DNA from: an uncultured Clostridia bacterium
Lineage (GTDB): Bacteria; Bacillota; Clostridia; Christensenellales; UBA1242
DNA: 64,000 nt
Direction: 5' to 3'
NCBI GenBank assembly: GCA_934747805.1
Contig: CAKVHC010000002.1
Coordinates: 16,694 to 80,693, forward strand
Positions 8,797 through 18,745 of the stretch are shown piece by piece. Made by a program: the position numbers and the translations under genes. Numbering within the stretch: position 1 is the stretch's first letter; every line of letters begins with the position of its first letter. The notes under the pieces are model-generated. The model saw nothing but the letters and a program-made list of their open reading frames with translations, had not been told where the DNA came from and did no database searches.

Positions 8797-8825
8797 TTGA
8801 CTTAAAATTGGCTATTATATATAAT
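8797..8825 (+). promoter_or_regulatory. near-consensus sigma-A promoter of the giant gene
   Basis: TTGACT (8797-8802), 17-nt spacer, TATAAT (8820-8825). Confidence 0.6.
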
Positions 8826-8883
8826 TTATTTATAATAAAACGATTGCATTTTGCAGATAATAATTTAAACGAAAGAGGTTATT

Positions 8884-11800
8884 ATGTTCAAGAGAATAAT
8901 GAAGATTGTCGGCCTATCATTTTGTGGCGTAATTGGTGTGTTTGGCATCATCGCAGGAGTGATGGCAATACGTGGAGATTTTAAGCAAAAGAAGATCAAA
9001 CCAACAGGTTTGTATTTTTCTGCTGACGAAACATATTTTTCAGACAACCAGCTTTTGTTGTCCCCAGTGCAAGACACGGATTCATTCTACTTTCAGGTGA
9101 AGGCTGACAACGAAGATTGTAATGTGTTGGGCATAAAGCTCTCTATCACTTCCGGTGCAGATGTAATCAAAATCGTTGATAAAAACAACTCGCCAATCAC
9201 CGACGCTAAGATTTGGGGAGATGTGAAAATCATTCCACAAACGCAAGGCGGAATTAATGTGGGTGGCACAGCAAGAATATCTGCAATCAGTGATGACGGT
9301 TTGGTCGCAACCACACGTGACCTTGTCGTTCACGTGGACGTGCCAGTTCAAGATTTGACGCCAAGTGACGATGTCAAGAATACTGCTGGCGACAATACAT
9401 GCAAGACTCCAACTCGTGACAAAGGCCCAGTAGACAGCAAAAGATATTTTACATATGTTGCATCTACCAAGACATTTAATGAAGTTGACAACATATTGTA
9501 CGACGGCAAATATTATGACTTTGATGTAAACAAGGGCATATACAAACAAGTTACAACAACCGATTCTTCAACATATTTAAACTTTGCTGAACTGTATGAA
9601 GATTGTTATATGGCGACCATGTTCAATGATAATAGCCTGAACATTGACACGTTGTATAAATTCTATCCAAATAGCCCTAATTCACAAAATCCAATCAATC
9701 GTGACGGCTATGGCAATAAAAATGTGGAAGCTTTCATACTAGATGCAGACGATTTGCAACTTGCAACTCTCAGTGCGGACGGCAAGTCAATAATCTCTAA
9801 CGGCAAAGGACTCACGGGCGACGTCAGAGTGTTGCTCGCAGTGTATCCTACTTATGCCAAGCAAAAACTCGCTCAAGCTGACACTACAATCTCCAACAAA
9901 GAACGTATTGAAAAATATATGGTTAGCCGTGAGATAGTGATTCGTATTGGTGCAACTACTATCAAGGATATGTCTGTAAGTAGAAAATCGCTTAGCCTCA
10001 AATTGTTTGAATACATACCACTCCAACTCAACAATTCACTAGCAGAAAACAATTTAGGAATGGTGATTCGTGACACTGCTGACAATCCTATCAGCTCAAT
10101 TTACAAATATTTGAAATTCAGTTTCGTTGACGCAATGGGCAATGATGCCAATGATTTGGGAGCATATTTCACCATCACCAACGACCAAAGCACCACAGTG
10201 CCAGATTTGGCCGATGATGTTGAGAAAGAAGATTTGAGTGGCAACACCCAACTCTACATTTACGCTAAACGTTATATACCAAAGGCGTATATGAAAATCA
10301 GTTACGTGTCAGGCACAGAAACGCTAAAAGATGTTTATGTTGAGTTGTACACCACATTCGTAGAGCCAAGCATTAGCTTGAATGCTGGCACAGGTACAAT
10401 AGATAAACTCATTGATGACCGCTTGATAGGTGGTGTAAACAATGCGGCGAATATTATCGACCTTGCTGGTCACTACACTGTAACGTCGGAAGAAACAGTT
10501 TATCGCACAGTTCTCTATTTTGCGAAAAGCGATAATAAGAACCTTGCCCCTGAGAACTTCCCAGTTTGTGTATTCTCCAACAAAACTTACACGAATGGCG
10601 AAATAACCTATTACTTGGTGGGATACACCGAGAACGACGGAGAAGGAAATGTAACTGTCGTTACAGATAAACTAAAGGCAAATGTTGGAACCGGCAACAT
10701 TTCAATCATTGCTGTGGTTGTGAGAACGGACTACAAAGGCCGCATCATCAACCTTAATACGCCAAAAGTTGACGGCGAATATGTCGAACTTGACTTGGCA
10801 GACGGCAATGCTTACGAATTTAACACAGATTACTCTCAAGCCGACGGCGAAAGTGAGAAAAAATCCAGTGCGATGACAGCCAGCACGCAGCAGTTGTCAG
10901 TGTCAATCGCTTATAAAGTACAGAATGTGGATATATCACTGTCTGCCAAACTTGGCGACAATGATGTCACAACCGAAGGCGACCAAAAATATGTGGAAAA
11001 CACAATGGTCAAAGGCAAAAAATCCAACACATTCTACCTTAGAGAGAGTTTTGCTGGCACGATAACCTTGCTTTTGAACGACTGTTATGACAAGTCTGCT
11101 CTGCAAACTGCCAGCGACAAAGGTCTGATTTCATTAAGCGCAGTTATGTATGACCAAAATGGTGTATACAATCGTTATGGACAATACGAAAGTATTGCAA
11201 ACTACATTAATTTGAGAAATAAAACAGCAGTTTACGACGACAATGTATTTATTGGATACAGATATGATGTAGAATTGCTCAAAGCCACTCCACAAGACTG
11301 CTACATAACTTTTGCACTCTCTGTTTATGACTATAATGAATCATTCCCACGCACCATTCAAAATGCAGACAACACTTACGAGGAATATCGTCTTGACAAC
11401 ATTGTGATTTTGTCAGGTGCTGTTCAAAAGATTGATTTGGTGGACAAAAACGGCGATGATCTGCTCGAAAACAACAGCGTCGACAATCCACTCATCCTGT
11501 TGGCTAAGTGGAATGAAGATAAAAAACAATTCGACTACACACTAGATGGAAAGTCTGTAACCAATGGCGAAAACTTCCTATCTAAAGGCGAATTTAACAT
11601 TTTAATAAGTCCAAGTTACGCAAGCAACAAAAACTATTTATTGTCTTCGGCAAATGGCGCAGTATTGAGTATTGGCAGCAATAATGCCATTACTATCGGC
11701 AAAGAGTTAGGCAAAGTTAAACTTACTATAAGTTGCGATAATGTAGAAAGTTACATATACATTGAATTGCGATTGGACACTAGCTCGGATGCGACTATCA

Positions 11801-14800
11801 ACATAACCAAACCAGATGAGTTATCCACCGTAAATGGTTATATTGAAGTGCCAATCAGTGCAACTTATGGACTAGATAACTACACAGATTACATAATTAA
11901 AGTGGGCAACATTGAATACTCACACAGTAATCTGCTGGAATATAGCAATCTGATTGTCATGAATGACAAATTTGCGGATATAACCAATGACGAAAAAGTT
12001 GATGGGGAAAATAAGTTCCAACTCATTGGCAATGTTTTGAGCGTTAAAGGCACAATCAGTCAGGTGTATTATATAGAGATTAATGTTAAAGCACCTTATG
12101 CGTCAAGTGTAAAATTGAAACTATATCTGCACAGTGCAGTAAGCGTTGCATATGAAGATTACGCAACTAAGAATGATAAATATCAACAGATATATTCTGG
12201 CACAAGCTTTATTCTAATGGATCAATCTAGCGAGACAGCAGTTTCTCCATTCAAGATTTTTGTTGCCAAGAATTTGGCGAAGTTCGCTGATGCGAGTGGC
12301 ATCAAGTCAGTAACTGTTTCAACGTCGGCTGACGGGAAAACCTTCACTGCTGATGGAACAACCATTATTCCTACCAACGAAAGATATTTGTTCACTGTTG
12401 ACAGCGGCTATGTTGGAAAATATGTGAAATTCACAATCAGCTTCAACATTCCAGCTGACAATATTGAGTATATTGTTTATGTCAACGATAATCTGCTTGT
12501 GGAAGAAAAATCTACAGCGTTCATCCAGAACGGCACTCTTACAGCGTATTGCGGAGAAGGGTATAATCTCGCCGATTATATCACTCTCAATCAATTTGAC
12601 AACAATGAATATGCCGAATATTCTCTGTCAAACGCTAATAAAATTGCCGATCCTAGTTATCAGATTGAAGGTTTAGCAGATTTTGACCTGTCCAGCAGTT
12701 TCACATGCAATTGGGATTGGGAAGGTAAAGAACTAAACGTTACTTACAATGGCAAAAATGTTATTAAAATTGCAGTCACCAATCCTTATAAAATTATTCA
12801 ACAAAGTGCTGACAATTTGCATGTAAAGGCTTTGACTGTGGTTAAATTGGCAGACTTTATCAATGAAACAGGCATCAAAGTACTCAAGAAAGCCATCAGT
12901 TTTAACCCAACATTAACTTATTACAATGCTGAGGGCCGTGAAATCGTTAATGCAGTAGAATCAGGCATTGAAGATTACTACACAATGGTCGACAGGGCAG
13001 TTTACACTATTGCTTTTGCTGAAAGTGGGATTTTGTCTGACGCAGAAGTTCGCATTGGTGAATTGAACAACGAAACATATTTGTATGTTAATAAGCAAAC
13101 TGCTGCAGGCAGCATCACATATCAGATTACATATTATGATGAAGAGAACGAAAGTCGTCAAAATGCTAATGTGATTATGCTTGTGCAACCTAACTTGCCA
13201 GATGATTTCATCAAGGACAATAGACAAGGCACTAGCGGCGATACAATTGACTTGAAATCATTTATCAACACCACTTTCGAATATGATTTGTTTGAATGGA
13301 ACGATGAGTTAAATCAACCAGTCAAAGCTGCTGGCGAGATCAAACTATCAGAAGAAACGCCATTTACATCTAATGACACTGAGTTTTTGAAGAGTGATCC
13401 ATCCATGTTCGTGGCAGTTGAGCCTACTGACCCACGTGGCGACTCGATACTTACATTCACAGTTCACACTGACTTTGGCTACAGCCAAGAATTCACTGTG
13501 ACAATCAAGTCAGCCATTCAATTGATAGCCACTTATCCAACACATGTTTCTACTCAAAAACAAATTGACGGAGAAATTGTTGATATAGTTTATGAGCAAG
13601 TAACACCAGGTCAAACTGTGAATATGTTCGCCCCAGACGATGAGAATAAAATTACTCGCATTAAGGCAACCAGAAACGGCACTGAAACTATTACAACAGG
13701 CTTGAATATTGGATACAGCTATTTGGCTGGTCGTGACGATGTCAATGCGATGAGCCTTATCACTATTAATAATAACGGTTCAATCACATTCAAAGACACC
13801 AACACTACAGGATTGTTCGCAATGACAATCAGTGTAAGCAATCGTGAATTGCTGTACTATTTCTATTTAGCACCTAAGGCTAATATAGCATTTACACCAA
13901 ACTATAGTGGCGATGCGGAAATTGTCAAAGTGAACAAAGACAACAAAACACTTGACATTGCTAATCTCTACACACTCAAAATAGACGGCGTGGACGTTGA
14001 CAAGTCTAAGTTGCAGTATGAAATCTGTTATTCGACCAACACAAACACCACAATTGTGGATAGCATGCTCACATTTGAAGAATCGAATGTGATAAATGAC
14101 TACATCGTCGTAATATATGATAAAGAATATATATATGGCTATTATAAAGTACAAACAGCACCAGACGTAGTCACTGAGAACACAGAAATCAGTTGGACGC
14201 CTGACAAGATAGGCGAAACACTCAGCCCATTGCCAACATTTGAATATGACGGCGGTGCAATGGAAATATTGAGTGTGGTCGCAGATAGCAATTTAAGTGA
14301 GTATCTCAACATTAGTGCGGACAATGCTATCACGCTCAAACAGTTTGTTCCAAATGCTGTTACTGGCGTGCTGACGTACAAGTTGCGAATGATGTCTGAC
14401 GGAATAGAAATCGGCGAATACGAGCATAAAGTCGATTTGACAATCAGCCCAAGAGAGTATTTCGTGAACAACTACAATAGCACTAAGAATGCGTTAACAG
14501 TCATTGAAAATGACACATTCAGTCTGTTGGATAACGAATACAACCTTGCTGGCTTGACGGTGGCAGACAATGGCTTGAGTTACGAGCTCACACATATTGA
14601 CGGAATTTTGTACACGAACCAAGACCTGAGCAAATATTACGAAGAAAACGGCTTGAATTTCACATTCAAACCTGTGACAAAAGATGTTTTGTTGCAATTC
14701 GTTGTTAAGACCAACTTTGGCTATGAACAAGACTTGTACATTCGCATTTTGGCGAATATGAGTTCACCAAATTATCTAGAAAACATAGGTGCGACAGACG

Positions 14801-17800
14801 ACAGTGCTTTAGTTGTTGGCAACCAGTTTGTTGCAGGTGAAGACGGCAACAATGAGTTCGTATTCAAGCGTATGATCGACTTGAAAGATTATCTATCTAT
14901 TACAAACCGTGAAACACCTGCAGTTGAATTGCTAGTGGCAGACAATTTCCGTTTGAATGCGACAATATTGTCCAATTGGGCAATTGACGAAGGTTTGACA
15001 GCAGACAATCTTTATTCACTGAGCGGAACGATATTGACCTTCAAACCTCTTGCAAAAGACCTAGCACTCAAGTTCACAGTGCAAATTGTCATGAGTAAAG
15101 GCGAGAGCGGAGTCGAACCAGTATACTTTGAAAGAACAGTTGATTTCTTCATCAACCTTTCAGCAAACTATAGCGCAAAGGTGAATTATACCTTTGAGGG
15201 CGACGTGAGTGAACTAGTAGAAAACGGCGAGCATATCAATCTTAACGATGCTAATTTCTTGGAAAATAGAGATGCGCTATCAGGCATCACAACCTACAAC
15301 TCAAAGCGTATAACTTTCTATTACACCGCTGAAGATAACACTATAACTGAGTTTGACTATAGCAAGATTGCAGACAAGGATGTTAACAACCAGTTGGAAA
15401 TCTCGACTGAGAGCCAAACTAATGATAATATCCGTGCAACGTGGGATGATAGCAAGATCACTTTCTACAACAGAGAGTCTAGCGTCATTGGGTCAGTGAC
15501 TTTGAGATTTAAAAATCAAGTCGGCATCGACCTGACAATGACATTCAAAATCTATCCTGACAACACGCTTGATGCCATTAGTTCAATCAAATACAACGGA
15601 AAAGCTCCTAGCGAAACTAATGACCACGAATTAATCTTGGAAGGGGATTTGAACGAAAGTAACGACTTCGTCATCACCAGATTCGGCGAAAATTCGAAAG
15701 TTCAATTCAGATATCCTTCAGGCGAAATAACTGATTTTGTCAACTCGTTGAAAGAAAAGAGCGTAGTGGAATACGACGGCAAAATAGATAATGAATCATG
15801 CTTTAACATAATATTTAATGAATCAATAATTAGTATTCAGTTTGAAGACGCTAACGGCAATCCAATCTATCCAGCGCCTAAAATGTACACAATACACTTT
15901 ATGTCACGTGCAGGATACTTAGGCAGTTACAAGTTTACGTTTAGCAAAGACGTGACATTCACACACCTAAATCCAAACTACAACACAGTGACAGGAGAGT
16001 CAATTTACGGTTCAGCAACTGGTGAATATATCTTGGATAGAGTAAACATAATGTTGAATCCTTACACGGACGGCTACAGTGCTAACCAAGTAAACCTTTC
16101 TGATATGCTTAGAACTTCAAGTGAGTATAACAATTACACAATTGAATATAAGTCAAATTCAAACTACATTACTATTGGCACAAACGACGAAAAAACTCGC
16201 ACAGATTTGCTAACATTTGGCGAAGTGCCTAAGGACACTATTGCCAGTGTAACAATAAGGGTGCTTTATAAAGGCGTTGTAATAGCATCCCATGACTACA
16301 TTTTCACAATTAGAGAACACTTGATAGTCTCATTGGGTGATTACAATAGCGAGCTCACTAAAACGTCTCTCGACATCTATATGCGAGATTTCTACATTAA
16401 TGAATTTAATGCAGACAGTTTGCCGGAGTCAGTGGAGTACGATTTGACAAACAAAAATGACAATATCGATGGTTTGTACTTCACGCTCTTCGACGTTTAT
16501 AAAAATGAATACGCCGGTGTCAACGATCTCCGATTCGATATTGACACAGCCTCTAACGAGGGCATCACAGAATATGTACAACTCGACCAAGACAACAGAA
16601 AATTAATATTCTTAAAAGACGTAAAGGTTGAGACAAAACTCTACTTGAGAGCAAGACACCAACTTGGTGAATACAACACATTCACCATTACGATCAAACC
16701 AAGCATTGCAATTAGTCAATACTCGAACGGTGATAGTAACTACATTTATCCGGGCAATGAGTTTAATACGGTGTATTCGCTCGACGAACTAACACTCTCA
16801 AATACTACAAACAAAACTGATGCAGTTGGTACATTGCCAAGAATTAATTTTGACGATGTCAAAGATAAAGGAAAAGCACCATTGAGCATTTATGCAGTGT
16901 CCAATGGTATGTATGTTCCACTTGTTGATGCATCCGTCGAAAAGAAAGTAGTCTCTATGGGATATGCAATGTTTGACTCGGAAGAAGCACTGACTAATGT
17001 GTCAACAGGATATCTGAGAACTGCGTATATCAATTTGACAGTAAAATACGACGAAACACAGACTGTAATTACAAATACACAGACTGGAAATACAAATACT
17101 TGGTACAATGCTTACTCATTTACCGTTCCTAATGTGAACAAAGTAAAAATTATGGCAGTCAAGGTTAGTGTTCGCCTATTGGGTAACACGTACTACGATT
17201 CATACTATTTCATCAAAGTAAATCCTGTATTGGAAATTGGCACAAGTGACAAATATAGCACACTTACACAGATTTTAAAGGATGACTTGAAAAATAGTAC
17301 TACTAGAACCGCAAGCGAGTACACTTTGTTTAACAAAGATGGAAAGTTATCTGATACAGCGACTGGATTGTTCTATTGGTCTCCAAGAGCAAAAATGGAA
17401 TCGTTCGATTTCGATAAGTTTAGTGATAACGTTATTTTCGTAATCACTAGCGTTGATAACGGATTGACTAACAAACTAACCTTTGGACTTTCAAGCACCG
17501 TAGATAACATTGCTTTGACTATTGAGTCGGATAACGGCACACTATTCAACAATGCACTTAAATTCAGACTATATATTCTTGCTAAGGACAGTAGAAATGC
17601 GTTTGAGTTTGAAAACGAAGCCTCAATCAAGACGTACGACGCAGTTGATAAAGAAACCTTGACAAAGCTTGAAAACAACATGATATTTGCACAAGACATT
17701 GAAATCAAGCCTGAAAAGGCGCTGGGCATATATACAATCGACGACAAGGGCAACTGGACGGATATCAAACAAATTGACACTCTGAAGGAACTGGGACTGC

Positions 17801-18648
17801 CTACTAGTCAGACTTATATGATTGATTACGTAATAGCCAGCGGCATAACTGGAACAAGCCGAATTGTTGACTTAATTAAAAACAATTTCATTGGAGAAAA
17901 TCTCGAAGACTACATTACTGGTTCCGATAACGTCTCTCTAACTTTAAATAACACTGCTGATTACGATTGGGCTATCTATAGCGAGAATATAACAGTTACA
18001 TATGGCAACTTTATATTAACTCGTGAGTTCAAGCACATTGAAAGCAACAGCAATACGTTTGTTAGAGTAAATTACTCTACGTATGGTTATAGATTGGTAA
18101 TGACACCTGAGATTAAAGGCGAAAATTATATCAACAACTGGTACAAACTAAATGAATCAGTCAGTCTTGTATCTATTAACACCAATTATGGTGTGCATAT
18201 GAACACCATAACAGAGATTTCAGATGCTAACAAGGTAAATATCTCTTTAGTAAACGAGAACACTAAGGTACAAATATTCACTCAAGATACGAAGTGGTAC
18301 ACATTAGACGGCAACGGCAACTACGTGCAGTACAATGGCAATCAATTTGAAGAAGGTGTAGAATATTATTACTATGATAATTACATGGGCAACTATCGCA
18401 AGTTCGATTGGAGAGCCTACACGCTCTACAATTCTGATGGAGAAGTAACCACTAGTCTTGGAATCAATTTGTATATTGATCTAAAAGATTGCGTGAAAGA
18501 CAATGTATTCACACTTCCATACGAAGCGTGGGCTTCTGAATCTATGAGTCTTTCATTCAATGTAGAGATTATATATGGAGATAAGTCTTACAAATCTCAA
18601 ATTAGAATTCTAGAAATTTCTGCAAAGCCTAACAAATCTCAAGGCTAA
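8884..18648 (+). CDS. giant (3254 aa) N-terminally membrane-anchored surface protein, orphan
   Basis: Uninterrupted 9765-nt ORF with an AGAGG RBS. One N-terminal TM helix (IVGLSFCGVIGVFGIIAGVMAI). N/T/Y/D/I/S-rich, beta-type composition. No LPXTG motif and no recognisable catalytic motif. Confidence 0.85.
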   Translation: MFKRIMKIVGLSFCGVIGVFGIIAGVMAIRGDFKQKKIKPTGLYFSADETYFSDNQLLLSPVQDTDSFYFQVKADNEDCNVLGIKLSITSGADVIKIVDKNNSPITDAKIWGDVKIIPQTQGGINVGGTARISAISDDGLVATTRDLVVHVDVPVQDLTPSDDVKNTAGDNTCKTPTRDKGPVDSKRYFTYVASTKTFNEVDNILYDGKYYDFDVNKGIYKQVTTTDSSTYLNFAELYEDCYMATMFNDNSLNIDTLYKFYPNSPNSQNPINRDGYGNKNVEAFILDADDLQLATLSADGKSIISNGKGLTGDVRVLLAVYPTYAKQKLAQADTTISNKERIEKYMVSREIVIRIGATTIKDMSVSRKSLSLKLFEYIPLQLNNSLAENNLGMVIRDTADNPISSIYKYLKFSFVDAMGNDANDLGAYFTITNDQSTTVPDLADDVEKEDLSGNTQLYIYAKRYIPKAYMKISYVSGTETLKDVYVELYTTFVEPSISLNAGTGTIDKLIDDRLIGGVNNAANIIDLAGHYTVTSEETVYRTVLYFAKSDNKNLAPENFPVCVFSNKTYTNGEITYYLVGYTENDGEGNVTVVTDKLKANVGTGNISIIAVVVRTDYKGRIINLNTPKVDGEYVELDLADGNAYEFNTDYSQADGESEKKSSAMTASTQQLSVSIAYKVQNVDISLSAKLGDNDVTTEGDQKYVENTMVKGKKSNTFYLRESFAGTITLLLNDCYDKSALQTASDKGLISLSAVMYDQNGVYNRYGQYESIANYINLRNKTAVYDDNVFIGYRYDVELLKATPQDCYITFALSVYDYNESFPRTIQNADNTYEEYRLDNIVILSGAVQKIDLVDKNGDDLLENNSVDNPLILLAKWNEDKKQFDYTLDGKSVTNGENFLSKGEFNILISPSYASNKNYLLSSANGAVLSIGSNNAITIGKELGKVKLTISCDNVESYIYIELRLDTSSDATINITKPDELSTVNGYIEVPISATYGLDNYTDYIIKVGNIEYSHSNLLEYSNLIVMNDKFADITNDEKVDGENKFQLIGNVLSVKGTISQVYYIEINVKAPYASSVKLKLYLHSAVSVAYEDYATKNDKYQQIYSGTSFILMDQSSETAVSPFKIFVAKNLAKFADASGIKSVTVSTSADGKTFTADGTTIIPTNERYLFTVDSGYVGKYVKFTISFNIPADNIEYIVYVNDNLLVEEKSTAFIQNGTLTAYCGEGYNLADYITLNQFDNNEYAEYSLSNANKIADPSYQIEGLADFDLSSSFTCNWDWEGKELNVTYNGKNVIKIAVTNPYKIIQQSADNLHVKALTVVKLADFINETGIKVLKKAISFNPTLTYYNAEGREIVNAVESGIEDYYTMVDRAVYTIAFAESGILSDAEVRIGELNNETYLYVNKQTAAGSITYQITYYDEENESRQNANVIMLVQPNLPDDFIKDNRQGTSGDTIDLKSFINTTFEYDLFEWNDELNQPVKAAGEIKLSEETPFTSNDTEFLKSDPSMFVAVEPTDPRGDSILTFTVHTDFGYSQEFTVTIKSAIQLIATYPTHVSTQKQIDGEIVDIVYEQVTPGQTVNMFAPDDENKITRIKATRNGTETITTGLNIGYSYLAGRDDVNAMSLITINNNGSITFKDTNTTGLFAMTISVSNRELLYYFYLAPKANIAFTPNYSGDAEIVKVNKDNKTLDIANLYTLKIDGVDVDKSKLQYEICYSTNTNTTIVDSMLTFEESNVINDYIVVIYDKEYIYGYYKVQTAPDVVTENTEISWTPDKIGETLSPLPTFEYDGGAMEILSVVADSNLSEYLNISADNAITLKQFVPNAVTGVLTYKLRMMSDGIEIGEYEHKVDLTISPREYFVNNYNSTKNALTVIENDTFSLLDNEYNLAGLTVADNGLSYELTHIDGILYTNQDLSKYYEENGLNFTFKPVTKDVLLQFVVKTNFGYEQDLYIRILANMSSPNYLENIGATDDSALVVGNQFVAGEDGNNEFVFKRMIDLKDYLSITNRETPAVELLVADNFRLNATILSNWAIDEGLTADNLYSLSGTILTFKPLAKDLALKFTVQIVMSKGESGVEPVYFERTVDFFINLSANYSAKVNYTFEGDVSELVENGEHINLNDANFLENRDALSGITTYNSKRITFYYTAEDNTITEFDYSKIADKDVNNQLEISTESQTNDNIRATWDDSKITFYNRESSVIGSVTLRFKNQVGIDLTMTFKIYPDNTLDAISSIKYNGKAPSETNDHELILEGDLNESNDFVITRFGENSKVQFRYPSGEITDFVNSLKEKSVVEYDGKIDNESCFNIIFNESIISIQFEDANGNPIYPAPKMYTIHFMSRAGYLGSYKFTFSKDVTFTHLNPNYNTVTGESIYGSATGEYILDRVNIMLNPYTDGYSANQVNLSDMLRTSSEYNNYTIEYKSNSNYITIGTNDEKTRTDLLTFGEVPKDTIASVTIRVLYKGVVIASHDYIFTIREHLIVSLGDYNSELTKTSLDIYMRDFYINEFNADSLPESVEYDLTNKNDNIDGLYFTLFDVYKNEYAGVNDLRFDIDTASNEGITEYVQLDQDNRKLIFLKDVKVETKLYLRARHQLGEYNTFTITIKPSIAISQYSNGDSNYIYPGNEFNTVYSLDELTLSNTTNKTDAVGTLPRINFDDVKDKGKAPLSIYAVSNGMYVPLVDASVEKKVVSMGYAMFDSEEALTNVSTGYLRTAYINLTVKYDETQTVITNTQTGNTNTWYNAYSFTVPNVNKVKIMAVKVSVRLLGNTYYDSYYFIKVNPVLEIGTSDKYSTLTQILKDDLKNSTTRTASEYTLFNKDGKLSDTATGLFYWSPRAKMESFDFDKFSDNVIFVITSVDNGLTNKLTFGLSSTVDNIALTIESDNGTLFNNALKFRLYILAKDSRNAFEFENEASIKTYDAVDKETLTKLENNMIFAQDIEIKPEKALGIYTIDDKGNWTDIKQIDTLKELGLPTSQTYMIDYVIASGITGTSRIVDLIKNNFIGENLEDYITGSDNVSLTLNNTADYDWAIYSENITVTYGNFILTREFKHIESNSNTFVRVNYSTYGYRLVMTPEIKGENYINNWYKLNESVSLVSINTNYGVHMNTITEISDANKVNISLVNENTKVQIFTQDTKWYTLDGNGNYVQYNGNQFEEGVEYYYYDNYMGNYRKFDWRAYTLYNSDGEVTTSLGINLYIDLKDCVKDNVFTLPYEAWASESMSLSFNVEIIYGDKSYKSQIRILEISAKPNKSQG

Positions 18649-18658
18649 AACAAACAAA

Positions 18659-18684
18659 AAAGTCCAACATTTTGGACTTTTTTT
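18659..18684 (+). terminator. rho-independent terminator of the giant gene
   Basis: AAAGTCCAA-catt-TTGGACTTT followed by a T-run. Confidence 0.8.
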
Positions 18685-18694
18685 GATTTTGGTA

Positions 18695-18723
18695 TTGCAA
18701 ATTGTGGAATAATGTGCTAGAAT
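18695..18723 (+). promoter_or_regulatory. sigma-A promoter with extended -10
   Basis: TTGCAA (18695-18700), 17-nt spacer ending TGc, then TAGAAT (18718-18723). Confidence 0.5.
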
Positions 18724-18745
18724 AACACCAAAAGTGGAGGAAATT

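Noticed and set aside
8581-8883. The AT-rich reiterated spacer as a CRISPR array or a replication origin
   Set aside because: There are no regularly spaced direct repeats of constant length separated by unique spacers. No DnaA-box-like TTATCCACA motifs were seen. It is better explained as a promoter/curved-DNA region.
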